64,000 bases of DNA from an uncultured Lachnospiraceae bacterium (GCA_900315505.1 OMZG01000006.1:1-64000); one strand, 5' to 3'; numbered from the stretch's first letter, positions 1-9,899 are shown. Numbers and translations are program-made. The notes: a model not told the origin generated them from the sequence alone.

Positions 1-171
1 AAAACCACAGCTTATTGCTTCACTACATATATACGATAGTCTGGAACTGTATACTACTTGCAGAGCACACCTATATAATGCCTTTATGAAACAGCCCTAG
101 ATCAGCGCATTTATGGAGAGTCAGGCGTTACGGATCTGATCACGAATGTTCCGGAACGGTATTTGATGTAG

Positions 172-309
172 ATTTTTGTTTTATTTGAAGAATGGATTCC
201 GACACTTGAAGAGCTGCTGTGGCTGTCGACGCTTGGTGTGGATGCGATCATCACTGACTGTCCGGACTGTGCGAGTGCAATAGTGGATGGAGATTATAAC
301 GCTCTGTAA
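172..309 (+). pseudogene. C-terminal remnant of a glycerophosphodiester phosphodiesterase (GDPD) gene
   Basis: Frame 1 gives ...EEWIPTLEELLWLSTLGVDAIITDCPDCASAIVDGDYNAL*, typical of a GlpQ/UgpQ C-terminus (GVDxIITDxP). Stops interrupt every frame upstream and there is no start codon. Confidence 0.35.
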
Positions 310-321
310 GAGTTTAAAGGC

Positions 322-358
322 CCGTCAGGAATTGTTTCCTGGCGGGCTTTTTTTCTGC
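322..358 (+). terminator. Intrinsic terminator
   Basis: Hairpin gcccgtcagga..tcctggcgggc followed by TTTTTTT. Confidence 0.5.
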
Positions 359-413
359 AATTTATCAGAATCTATGATACAATAGAGCTGAATCTGACAG
401 ACTGTGAGAACGA

Positions 414-2105
414 ATGCCGGAGGTTTGTATGCGTGCGATAAATATTGGCGGTCAGGGATATGACAAGCTAAAAGAGAATAATTACTTCCTTGTGGATAAG
501 ACGTCTTTCATAAAAGACTGGTGGGAAGCTGGCAGGGATGTTACTCTGATCACCAGACCGCGAAGATTCGGCAAGACTCTAAATATGAGCATGCTGGAAT
601 GTTTCTTTTCCAATAGGTGTGAGGGAAGGTCTGATCTGTTCGAGGGCATGGAAATCTGGAAAGATGAGAAGTACAGACAGATGCAGGGGACGTGGCCGGT
701 TATTTTTCTCTCATTTGCGAATGTGAAGGAGTCTACCTTTGAGGGAGCGAGAAGAAGCATTATCAGAGTCCTGCAGCGGGTATTTGACAGCTATAGATCT
801 CTGTGGACAGAGGATGAGAAACAATCTGATGAATATACATTCATGAATCTGACTACCGAAACGCCGGATTCGGATGTATGCATTTCTGTAAATCTTCTAT
901 GCAAGTACCTTGAATCGAATTATAAGAAAAAGGTTCTTATTTTCCTTGATGAATATGACACCCCTATGCAGGAGGCGTATGTGAGCGGTTACTGGGATCA
1001 GATGTCCGGATTCATGCGCAGCTTTTTCAATGCGACGTTCAAGACGAATCCATATATGGAGCGGGCTCTGATGACTGGGATCACGAGGATCAGTCAGGAG
1101 TCCATGTTCTCTGATTTCAACAATCCGGATGTGATCACGACAACTACTAATGAGTATGAGACTGCGTTCGGCTTTACAGAGGATGAGGTATGGGCGGCTC
1201 TTGATGAGTACGGTCTGTCTGATCAGAAGGAAATGGTGAAGAAGTGGTACGACGGATTTACTTTTGGAGACAGAAGAGATATATACAATCCGTGGTCGAT
1301 CATCAACTTCCTGGACAAGAAGCAGTTCGGTACATACTGGGTCAACACGAGTTCCAATAGCATGATTTCAGATATGATGAGATATGCCGATTCCGATATC
1401 AAGAATCAGCTCGAGCAGCTGATGAACGGTGGCTGCGTGGAGACGGTGGTAAATGAGGAGGTCAACTTTTCACAGATGGGAGATGTGCCGGAGGCTATCT
1501 GGAGTCTGTTCCTGGCAGCAGGCTATCTGAAAGTAGAGAGAAAATGGTTTGACAGCCGCAGGTACAATTACGCGCTTTCCATTACGAATATGGAAGTCTC
1601 ACTGATGTTTGAAGACCTGATCACCAGATGGTTTGCTGTGGCGGGATCGAACAATGATCAGTTCGTAAAGGCGATGATCCGCGGAGATGTCCAGCAGATG
1701 AATGGTTACATGAACCGCATCGCTCTTAGTACAATCAGCTTTTTTGATACAGGAAATACTGCCTCTGCTGAGACTACTCCCGAGAGATTCTATCATGGAT
1801 TTGTGCTTGGACTGCTGGTGAGAGAACAGGACAGCTATTCTATTAAGTCTAATAGAGAAAGTGGTCTGGGTCGTTACGACATCTGCCTGTACCCGAAGAA
1901 AACGGATCTTCCGGGAATCGTGATCGAATTCAAGGTTATGGATCCTGATACAGGCGAGAAAGATCTATCTGACACAGCTGATTCTGCTATCGCTCAGATA
2001 AAGGATAAGGACTATGCCGCTGACCTGCGTGGGGCCGGTGTGACTGATATACTGGAGTATGGCTTTGCTTTCGCTGGCAAGAAAGTCCTTATCAAAAAGG
2101 TGTGA
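414..2105 (+). CDS. AAA-ATPase-like domain protein with C-terminal PD-(D/E)XK nuclease-like domain (DUF1703-type)
   Basis: 563 aa. N-terminal ATPase-like region (TRPRRFGKT) and C-terminal DICLYPK..IVIEFK motif, as in predicted AAA-ATPase/PDDEXK proteins. Confidence 0.55.
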   Translation: MPEVCMRAINIGGQGYDKLKENNYFLVDKTSFIKDWWEAGRDVTLITRPRRFGKTLNMSMLECFFSNRCEGRSDLFEGMEIWKDEKYRQMQGTWPVIFLSFANVKESTFEGARRSIIRVLQRVFDSYRSLWTEDEKQSDEYTFMNLTTETPDSDVCISVNLLCKYLESNYKKKVLIFLDEYDTPMQEAYVSGYWDQMSGFMRSFFNATFKTNPYMERALMTGITRISQESMFSDFNNPDVITTTTNEYETAFGFTEDEVWAALDEYGLSDQKEMVKKWYDGFTFGDRRDIYNPWSIINFLDKKQFGTYWVNTSSNSMISDMMRYADSDIKNQLEQLMNGGCVETVVNEEVNFSQMGDVPEAIWSLFLAAGYLKVERKWFDSRRYNYALSITNMEVSLMFEDLITRWFAVAGSNNDQFVKAMIRGDVQQMNGYMNRIALSTISFFDTGNTASAETTPERFYHGFVLGLLVREQDSYSIKSNRESGLGRYDICLYPKKTDLPGIVIEFKVMDPDTGEKDLSDTADSAIAQIKDKDYAADLRGAGVTDILEYGFAFAGKKVLIKKV

Positions 2106-2111
2106 GACGCG

Positions 2112-3455
2112 ATGACTAAAGTAATTACCTATGGTACCTTTGATCTCTTCCACAAGGGCCATTACAATCTATTAAAGCACGCTCGAGAGCTTGGTGACTA
2201 TCTGATCGTCGGGGTGACGAGTGAGCACTTCGATGAGACCAGAGGCAAGATAAATGTGATCGACGATGTGCTGACCCGTGTGCAGCATGTGAGGGAGACC
2301 GGGTTCGCAGATCAGATCATTATAGAGGATCATGTCGGCCAGAAGATAGAGGATATCCAGAGATACGATGTGGATATCTTCACTGTCGGATCCGACTGGG
2401 TAGGTGCGTTCGACTATCTGAAGCAGTATTGCGAGGTGGTTTACCTGCCGCGCACTCCGGAGATCTCTTCGACTGAGATCAGGAACTCTATCTTCCAGCC
2501 GGTACGGATAGGGATCGTAGGGACAGGCCGAATCGCCCCGAGGTTTCTCGAAGAAGCCAAGTACGTAAGTGGAGCTGTCCCAGTGGCAGCATACAATCCT
2601 GACTGGAATGAAGTGCGCGATTTCAAGGGAAAGCACAAGGAACTGATCTGTGTAGATGACTATGATGACCTACTGAAGCAGGTGGATGCCGTATATATCG
2701 CTTCTCCGAATGAGACTCATTTCGACTATGCGAGGAGAGCTCTTGAGAATGGCGTGCATGTGATCTCGGAGAAGCCTCTTGCTTTTACGAGAAGAGAGAC
2801 CGAGCAGCTGTATTCTCTTTCTGAAAAAAATAATCTGGTTCTTCTTGAGGCTGTCAAAGCCGCTTACAGTCCCGGCTTCCAGGAGCTCATAAATGTAGCG
2901 AAAAGTGGCAGGATTGGCGAGATACGGGATATCGAGAGCAACTACACCCGTCTGGCAAATTCTGATTCACGCGAGAGGACTGATGCTAAGTACGGCGGTG
3001 CTTTTCTCGAATTCGGGCCGTCTGTCATGCTTCCGGTTATAAAGCTCTTAGGGCCTGACTACAGATCTATTTCCTTCCACAGCCTGTGGGATGAGAATGG
3101 TGTAGATATCTACAACAAGCTCGACTTTGTATATGACAATGCCCTCGCTACGACGAAGTGTGGAGTCGCAGTAAAGACTGAAGGCCAGCTCGTGGTATCC
3201 GGTACGAAAGGATACATTCTGGCTCCGTCTCCGTGGTGGCTGATGAAGCATTTTGAAGTACACTTCGAGGATGCATCGGAGATAGAAAATTACGACCCTC
3301 CATTCCGCGGTGATGGACTGAGATACGAGATTTCTGAATTCGTGCGAAAGATAAACGGCATTGGCCGTGACGGATACAAACTGACGCGCGGTGAATCGAT
3401 CACGATGTCTGAGATCACAGAGAAGTACATGGAGTACAAGAAAAGCATACATTGA
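2112..3455 (+). CDS. Fusion of a TagD-like cytidylyltransferase and a Gfo/Idh/MocA NAD(P) oxidoreductase
   Basis: N-terminus ITYGTFDLFHKGHYNLL is the glycerol-3-phosphate cytidylyltransferase HxGH motif. Residues ~130-447 have a Rossmann GIVGTGRIA motif and a Gfo/Idh/MocA-like fold. Confidence 0.6.
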   Translation: MTKVITYGTFDLFHKGHYNLLKHARELGDYLIVGVTSEHFDETRGKINVIDDVLTRVQHVRETGFADQIIIEDHVGQKIEDIQRYDVDIFTVGSDWVGAFDYLKQYCEVVYLPRTPEISSTEIRNSIFQPVRIGIVGTGRIAPRFLEEAKYVSGAVPVAAYNPDWNEVRDFKGKHKELICVDDYDDLLKQVDAVYIASPNETHFDYARRALENGVHVISEKPLAFTRRETEQLYSLSEKNNLVLLEAVKAAYSPGFQELINVAKSGRIGEIRDIESNYTRLANSDSRERTDAKYGGAFLEFGPSVMLPVIKLLGPDYRSISFHSLWDENGVDIYNKLDFVYDNALATTKCGVAVKTEGQLVVSGTKGYILAPSPWWLMKHFEVHFEDASEIENYDPPFRGDGLRYEISEFVRKINGIGRDGYKLTRGESITMSEITEKYMEYKKSIH

Positions 3456-3521
3456 CACATATGCAGAAAAATAATAGAATTTACACGAAGTTTATATTTA
3501 TTATTCAGCAAAGGAGTTTAC

Positions 3522-4085
3522 ATGAAGATCAAAGAGATTACTTTTACTGCACTGATGGCAGCGGTATGCTGCATACTCGCACCGATTTCGGTTCCTATCG
3601 GACCGGTTCCGGTATCGCTAGTGGTGCTTGCAGCCCTGCTGTGTGTGTTTGCTATCGGGACCAGGCTTGGCACTGTGGCATTTACCATTTTCCTGCTCTT
3701 AGGAGCTGCAGGAATGCCTGTGTTCTCAGGATGGCAGGGTGGCATCGGGAAGCTTGCCGGACCTACGGGCGGATACCTGATCGGATGCATACCTCTGATC
3801 CTTATCGCAGGAGCATTCATCACCATTTCTGAGAAGAGGAAGGGTGCTCTGAAGTATGTGATCCAGGCCCTTGGTCTGGCTATCGGAGTTCTCGTATGCT
3901 ATGCGCTCGGTACTGCATGGTTCATGATAGAGTCAGGAAGTGATCTCATGACGAGCCTTACTCTCTGCGTGCTTCCGTTCCTGCCATTCGATGCTATCAA
4001 GATCGCTATCGCAATGATCGTCGGCAATCCGCTCAGAGTCGCTCTGTCAAAGGCTGATCTGATGCACTATGGAGCAAAGGCCTGA
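3522..4085 (+). CDS. bioY: Biotin transporter BioY
   Basis: 187-aa polytopic membrane protein. The pattern PISVPIGPVPVSLVVLAALL...GGYLIG is characteristic of BioY. Confidence 0.8.
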   Translation: MKIKEITFTALMAAVCCILAPISVPIGPVPVSLVVLAALLCVFAIGTRLGTVAFTIFLLLGAAGMPVFSGWQGGIGKLAGPTGGYLIGCIPLILIAGAFITISEKRKGALKYVIQALGLAIGVLVCYALGTAWFMIESGSDLMTSLTLCVLPFLPFDAIKIAIAMIVGNPLRVALSKADLMHYGAKA

Positions 4086-4109
4086 TATTTCAGGAAAAGG
4101 AGGAAATTA

Positions 4110-5228
4110 ATGGGTTTTATAAAGGCATTTGCAGGCTCAGTATCCGGTGAGCTTGCGAACCAGTGGAAGGAGTTCTATACCTGTGACTCACTGCCGGCGC
4201 AGGTTCTTATCAGACGCGCGTCTCATATGGTGAGCGGCAGATCATCGAATAAGAGGGCTGATGCCGATGATATTTCGAAGGGGTCCACGGTCATTGTAAA
4301 TGAAGGTCAGTGTGCGATCTTCGTTAGTCAGGGGCAGATTCTTGATGTTGCTGCCGAGCCGGGCGCATATACCTGGGATGATGGGACCTCGCCGTCATTC
4401 TTCTCAGGAAGCCTCTCGGACGTCGTGAAGAAGGGCTGGGAGAGATTCTCATACGGAGGTCAGAACCCGGTACAGCAGCGTATCTACTATGTGAATATGA
4501 AGGAGCTCCTGGGCTGTAAGTTCGGGACTCCGCAGCCTGTACCATTCCGTATTGTTGATGCGAATATCGGTCTGGATTTCGATACTACTGTCAGATGCAA
4601 TGGCACATATACTATGCATGTATCTGATCCTGTGGTTCTCTATACTGCGATTGCAGGGAATGTGGCTGATGAGTTCACTGTGGATCAGATGAATGACCAG
4701 CTCCGGGCTGAGTTCGTGCAGGCCCTGCAGCCTGCATTTGCGCAGCTGAGCGGCATAGGAATACGCCCGTCTGCTCTTCCGGGTCAGACGAGGGCTATCA
4801 GTGATGCCATGAAGCAGGAGCTTGATGAGTCATGGGGACAGCATTATGGACTGGCTCTTACCTCAGTCCAGATCCTTTCAGCTACGATTCCGGAAGAGGA
4901 CCAGAAGCTGCTCCAGGATGTCCAGAGACAGGCCGTGTACAAGAATCAGGGCATGGCCGGCGCTGCTCTCGTGCAGGCTCAGGCTGAGGCGATGCGTACT
5001 GCTGCTGGCAATGCAAATGGAGCCATGATGGGCTTTGCAGGACTTAATATGGCAAATAATGCCGGCGGTATCAATGCGAACCAGTTCTTCCAGAATCAGG
5101 ACAATGGTCAGCCCAAGCAGCAGAGCGTTGAAGCACCAAAGCCTGGCGAGTGGTTCTGCCCGAGGTGCGGCACGAGGTCCGATGGCAATTTCTGTCCTAA
5201 GTGTGGCACACCGAAGCCGGAGTTTTAA
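4110..5228 (+). CDS. SPFH/Band-7-like protein with C-terminal zinc ribbon (YdjI-like)
   Basis: 372 aa. Gln/Ala-rich coiled region and a C-terminal CPRCG..CPKCG. Resembles Psp-associated YdjI (Band_7_1). Confidence 0.6.
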   Translation: MGFIKAFAGSVSGELANQWKEFYTCDSLPAQVLIRRASHMVSGRSSNKRADADDISKGSTVIVNEGQCAIFVSQGQILDVAAEPGAYTWDDGTSPSFFSGSLSDVVKKGWERFSYGGQNPVQQRIYYVNMKELLGCKFGTPQPVPFRIVDANIGLDFDTTVRCNGTYTMHVSDPVVLYTAIAGNVADEFTVDQMNDQLRAEFVQALQPAFAQLSGIGIRPSALPGQTRAISDAMKQELDESWGQHYGLALTSVQILSATIPEEDQKLLQDVQRQAVYKNQGMAGAALVQAQAEAMRTAAGNANGAMMGFAGLNMANNAGGINANQFFQNQDNGQPKQQSVEAPKPGEWFCPRCGTRSDGNFCPKCGTPKPEF

Positions 5229-5239
5229 GGAGAGAGCGT

Positions 5240-6622
5240 ATGGCGAATCTGTTTCCATGCCCGTCGTGCGGCGGGCAGCTTATATACGATGTTAAGAGTC
5301 ACCAGATGAAATGTCAGTCGTGTGGCGTTTTTTTTCCCATTGATGAATATCGCTCACAGGAATTCGACTATACCAGGGAGGTAGTCACCTGTCCGAATTG
5401 TGGCGGGGAGGTGGCAGCTCCATCTCTTGACGGGATGAATTTCTGTCCGTACTGTGGAGCAGAAATAGCGAATGCGGAGCATTTTTCCGCAAAAGGGTAT
5501 CCGGAGAAAATAATTCCTTTTGCCCTGTCGAAGCAGGACTGTATTGACAGATACCAGAGGATGGTGGATGGAGTTCCTTTCCTGCCGGATGATCTGAAGA
5601 CGTCGGATGGGCTCCAGTCGTTTGTCGGTCTCTACACTCCATACTGGATTTATAATTACGAGGCGAAGGGCAGGGTGTCTGTGCCGATCGAGAGATTCGA
5701 TTCGGATGCCATGTATGACTATCATTACACAGCTGACATGGAGACCGATCTTGACTGCGAGATAAGCGTAGGGCAGGATGCCTCGGAGACTCTTGATGAT
5801 ACGGTGAGCGGACAGATAGATCCTTTTTTCTATGAGAAAATATGCGACTTCAATCCGAACTATATGGCCGGGTTCTATGCGGAGAATTCGACTGTCGATC
5901 CGTCGATCTATGAGGACTCATCGAAGCGCAAATGTGCTGATGCCATCAGAATACGGATGGATCAGAAGGCCTGTGAGAATGATGGCTACAGTCTGGCTGA
6001 GAATTCCGCTGAGATGGAGCGGGAGCTGGACCCATACATTAGCGAAAGGGATCATGCAGAGGGCGCTTATCTGCCTCTGTGGTTTCTTACCACGAGGAAG
6101 AATGACCGGGTGGCCTATACCGTCGTGAACGGACAGACCGGAGCGACTCACGCTGACCTGCCTGTTGACTTCGGGAAATATGTGAGGTCGTCGCTTATAG
6201 CTTCTGCTATCAGTGCGGTGATCCTGCTGCTTCTTTTTGCAGTTTTCGGTACTATCGATATGAAGGTAGTGCCGGTTGTGACGCTGATCCTTTCCATAAT
6301 TCTGATGGTTGTTTCTATGGCACAGGCCAACAGTATCTATCGGAAAGAGAATCATCTCGATGATGCCGGATATACCGGGAATCGGCAGATGACGCAGAGA
6401 CCTATGCTCTCTACAGTGCTGTCAGCAGTTGGTATAGTGCTGTCGGGTGCTGATATTTTCCTCGACCCGCATTCAGATGTGATCATGTATCTGCTGCTTA
6501 TCGTATGCATCGCGATCATGATCGTGGTGGCGCTGATAATGGCACGGGATTACAACAGGATTGCGACGAATCCGGTGCCGCAGTTTAGCAAGACTGGAGG
6601 GAATCTGAATGGAAAATACTAA
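5240..6622 (+). CDS. Zinc-ribbon membrane protein (YdjG-like)
   Basis: RBS AAGGAGAG precedes the ATG at 5240. Four CxxC pairs at the N-terminus and several C-terminal TM helices. The track ORF at 5201 is a GTG extension. Confidence 0.55.
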   Translation: MANLFPCPSCGGQLIYDVKSHQMKCQSCGVFFPIDEYRSQEFDYTREVVTCPNCGGEVAAPSLDGMNFCPYCGAEIANAEHFSAKGYPEKIIPFALSKQDCIDRYQRMVDGVPFLPDDLKTSDGLQSFVGLYTPYWIYNYEAKGRVSVPIERFDSDAMYDYHYTADMETDLDCEISVGQDASETLDDTVSGQIDPFFYEKICDFNPNYMAGFYAENSTVDPSIYEDSSKRKCADAIRIRMDQKACENDGYSLAENSAEMERELDPYISERDHAEGAYLPLWFLTTRKNDRVAYTVVNGQTGATHADLPVDFGKYVRSSLIASAISAVILLLLFAVFGTIDMKVVPVVTLILSIILMVVSMAQANSIYRKENHLDDAGYTGNRQMTQRPMLSTVLSAVGIVLSGADIFLDPHSDVIMYLLLIVCIAIMIVVALIMARDYNRIATNPVPQFSKTGGNLNGKY

Positions 6623-7460
6623 CAGAACACCGCAGGGAGACGACACCAGGATTACAATGCGTCAAGCCGCCCAACCGGGTGTCTTCACGCTTGCCAGAGT
6701 TTGCTGTGCCGTCTGCCTGCTTGCTATGGTGATCATACTTTTCTTTCAGACAGTTCCTGTCTTCGCTGCCAGCGGTAACGTCTACATCTATGACGGGGCT
6801 GGACTGCTGACGGATTCCGAGAAGCAGGAATTACAGAACCAGTTGTCAGGCTATTCGAAGGACAGGAACTATCTGATTGTGACTGAGAATGATTACATGT
6901 CGGCCTATGGCGATATGCATGCCGAGATGGATGCCTGCTATCATTATAGGTTCGGGTATGACGATGGTGTTGCCTTCATCATCAATATGTCCGACAGGCA
7001 GCTGTACTCCGGCGGCTTCGGGAAGTGCAGGAACGAGTACACGAGCGGCGATGCCCGTGATGTTACGGACAATGTCTATCGGTATGCATCGAACGGCTAT
7101 TACTACAGGTGCCTGAGTGAGGCCTTTGCACAGATTGATCAGGTTGTGAGCAACGGCTTCATTATCCGTCCTATGAGATATGCAGTTGCTATTCTTCTGG
7201 GACTGTTCTTCGGATTCTTTATCATGTTTGTCGTCATGGTGACCTCGAGAAAGAACAGAAGTGTTGCCCCGGCGATCCCTTCGGATATCGGAGAGACATC
7301 GTTTCGATCAGGAGTTTTCTATGGACATATGAATCCCGTATTTCTGAATGTCGTGATGCACAGGACCCGCAGGCAGAGCTCGTCATCGAGTGGAGGCTCA
7401 TCAGGTGGCGGATTCTCAGGAGGTGGGAGCAGCTCGTCAGGGGGAGGACACGGATTCTAA
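6609..7460 (+). CDS. TPM-domain protein (YdjH-like) with Gly/Ser-rich tail
   Basis: N-terminal TM segment, a YIYDGAGLLTDSEKQEL TPM-type motif, and a C-terminal GGSSGGGFSGGG tail. Overlaps the upstream gene by 14 nt. Confidence 0.6.
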   Translation: MENTNRTPQGDDTRITMRQAAQPGVFTLARVCCAVCLLAMVIILFFQTVPVFAASGNVYIYDGAGLLTDSEKQELQNQLSGYSKDRNYLIVTENDYMSAYGDMHAEMDACYHYRFGYDDGVAFIINMSDRQLYSGGFGKCRNEYTSGDARDVTDNVYRYASNGYYYRCLSEAFAQIDQVVSNGFIIRPMRYAVAILLGLFFGFFIMFVVMVTSRKNRSVAPAIPSDIGETSFRSGVFYGHMNPVFLNVVMHRTRRQSSSSSGGSSGGGFSGGGSSSSGGGHGF

Positions 7461-9899
7461 ATGACATACTTTACCAGATTCTATCTGGATAACGAAAAGG
7501 ACATCGTCGTTACCCTCTACTGGGAGCTGGACGACCTATACTATTGTCTGTCGACCCCGAACCACCACACCGGCAATCTCATCAGGAATCTCGCTCGGCT
7601 TATTGATGAGCCACTGTCCGAGGATGAGAACGGTCTCCTGGTGATCAAGGGGAAGGTGCCATGCTATGTGGACGGGAATAATGAGGATGTCTGGGTCTTC
7701 CGCATGGGCAATATGAAGGTAGCGAATATCCATGCCAACGGCCGGGTGGAGCTGAAGGCGAGGATACCTGCCATTTCGAAGACTCTGATGAGTCAGACGA
7801 AGGACTACAGCACGGACCTATGGCGGACGATTTTCAAGGATTATATTCCCAGGGACTATAAGTTCCGCTCAGATCTGCATACCCATATGAATGCGAATCT
7901 GTCGGGTGATATTCTGATCGCTCTCGGAATCATCCATCAGATCAGATATCCTCTCTACTATGTGAGGAAGCTGGAGCTGGCGCTGACTCCTGCGCAGGAA
8001 GCACTGATGGCACAGAGACGTGCCAGGGTAGAGAAGCAGTTCGTGGATTCTGATCTGCAGGGCAAGTATCTTGCGAGAAAGATAAATGACAATACCTTTA
8101 TCAATTTTGCAGATCTGATCCTTCACAATCTCGATAATGCCGAGGAGAATATCGCGAAGATCCGCGCCTCACTATCAATCCTTAAGGATGGCCAGGCAGT
8201 TTTTACTAATCTCGAGAAAGTTTACCTCTACCGCTATGTCTTCTGTAAAGGAAGAGAGGCAGATGATACTTTTCGTCTTGTAAACGTAGGCCAGATTCCG
8301 GACGATGATATCAGGCATTATGTCTACCAGATGATGAAGGACAGAGAGGATAAGAGATATCATAAGAATTCTCTGTTTCAGGATCTGCTGCTGTGGATTG
8401 CAAGGACATATCAGTCGCAGGGAATAGTATATGCTGAGATCAGTGATACTACTCTTGTGAAGAAATACGAGTCCATCCATATGCTTGAAGAAGTCCATGA
8501 GGTTATGCCTGAGATCTATAAGGAGACAGGTGTGATGCTTCGTTTTCTTGCAGCTATCCGCCGAATACCACTCACGATAGTAAAGGATGCTGTGACACCT
8601 GATGACTATCTGTCCCAGAATATCGCAGCACTTAAGGGAACAGCACTGGATCCATATGTGGCAGGTGTGGACTTCGTCGGTGAAGAGATAAACGATATCA
8701 TTTCCCTGAAGCCTGTCTTCAGGGAGATTGCAAAAATAGCAGCCGATGATCCTGACTTCGTGATCAGGGTCCATGCCGGCGAAAATGACAGCCAGAAGGA
8801 AAATATAGCTCATTCCATAGAGTGTGTAAGAGATTCGCTGGCATCTGGTCAGAAAATGCCGCGTATGCGTATAGGTCATGGACTCTACACCTATTCGCTG
8901 AGCTCGCAGAAGGGACGTGAGCTGATGGAGGCAATCAGGGATTCACACATAGTTCTTGAATTCCAGATCACATCGAATGTACGACTGAATAATCTGAATT
9001 CACTTGAGAACCATCCCCTGAAGCAGTATCTCGAGGAGGGGATCATGTGTGTCCAGGGAACAGATGGAGCCGCCATCTATGGTACCTCGCCACGTGACGA
9101 GCAGCTGTCTCTTATGTACCTTCTTGGACTTGACCCTGATCAGGTCGCGTCTATGAAGCATACAGACCAGTATATTATAGACAATAGCGTGGAAGGATTC
9201 GAACGTAAGCAGAAGCGCTTTGAGAAGATAAAAGGAGACCATACAATCGAAGAGACAATCCTGTCTCATATGGGAAAGCGTCATATCGATGGCCTCTATA
9301 TCAATAAGAACCGCCATCTGGACGCTGTGACAGAACTCAAGAGCCAGATAGACGACCTGCCATGGGACAGGACACCGGTGATACTCGTCGGAGGAAGCTT
9401 CAATACAGAAAAGAGGACGACCAGGACGACGGATGAGGGAATAGCGCAGCTTCATTCGCTAATGGAAAAGCTTGACCCGTCAGAATACTTTTTCGTGATC
9501 GGACACAAGCTGAGTGGCTATGAAAAGCAGCTGGTAGATTTCAATAGGGATATGGCGGATCCATTCGATATCTATGCATTTGTGCCATCACTTCTGACAT
9601 CGAAGGAGCGCAATGCTCTGAAGGATTCAGGAGTTAACATCCGCATCTCTCCTGACCTCGAAGGAATGGGGATCTACAAGAGTGTGAATTATGAGATATA
9701 CGAGCGTCGCCCGTCGATACTTATAGCCATGGATGGCAATTCCGCCGGAGAGAATATGATCCAGGAAGCGAAGAACGGCAAGGGCAAGGCACGTATCTAC
9801 GTTTGGAAGGGTGCAAGACACCTTCTTACGAAGGCGGAATCCCTCGAGGGATATGTGAGGTTTTTTGACAGTGACAGGCCGCTTGAGTCCATGATATGA
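7461..9899 (+). CDS. Adenosine/AMP-deaminase-like amidohydrolase fused to a C-terminal LOG-like domain
   Basis: 812 aa. Has the HxH metal site (DLHTHMN), the HAGE motif and a TDGAA block in ADA order. The C-terminus (VILVGGS...SKERNALK...MDGNSAGENMIQEA) follows the LOG/PpnN pattern. Confidence 0.55.
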   Translation: MTYFTRFYLDNEKDIVVTLYWELDDLYYCLSTPNHHTGNLIRNLARLIDEPLSEDENGLLVIKGKVPCYVDGNNEDVWVFRMGNMKVANIHANGRVELKARIPAISKTLMSQTKDYSTDLWRTIFKDYIPRDYKFRSDLHTHMNANLSGDILIALGIIHQIRYPLYYVRKLELALTPAQEALMAQRRARVEKQFVDSDLQGKYLARKINDNTFINFADLILHNLDNAEENIAKIRASLSILKDGQAVFTNLEKVYLYRYVFCKGREADDTFRLVNVGQIPDDDIRHYVYQMMKDREDKRYHKNSLFQDLLLWIARTYQSQGIVYAEISDTTLVKKYESIHMLEEVHEVMPEIYKETGVMLRFLAAIRRIPLTIVKDAVTPDDYLSQNIAALKGTALDPYVAGVDFVGEEINDIISLKPVFREIAKIAADDPDFVIRVHAGENDSQKENIAHSIECVRDSLASGQKMPRMRIGHGLYTYSLSSQKGRELMEAIRDSHIVLEFQITSNVRLNNLNSLENHPLKQYLEEGIMCVQGTDGAAIYGTSPRDEQLSLMYLLGLDPDQVASMKHTDQYIIDNSVEGFERKQKRFEKIKGDHTIEETILSHMGKRHIDGLYINKNRHLDAVTELKSQIDDLPWDRTPVILVGGSFNTEKRTTRTTDEGIAQLHSLMEKLDPSEYFFVIGHKLSGYEKQLVDFNRDMADPFDIYAFVPSLLTSKERNALKDSGVNIRISPDLEGMGIYKSVNYEIYERRPSILIAMDGNSAGENMIQEAKNGKGKARIYVWKGARHLLTKAESLEGYVRFFDSDRPLESMI

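Noticed and set aside
3452-3832. Multiple short ORFs in alternative frames, for example 3452-3832, 4822-5028 and 16672-17076
   Set aside because: They are embedded in or antisense to well-supported genes (bioY, the SPFH gene, ileS) and lack RBS or sequence conservation.
7461-9899. Interpretation as RADAR RdrB
   Set aside because: No RdrA-like large ATPase is adjacent. The ATPase-like gene at 414-2105 is distant and of a different family. Neighbours are Psp-type genes.
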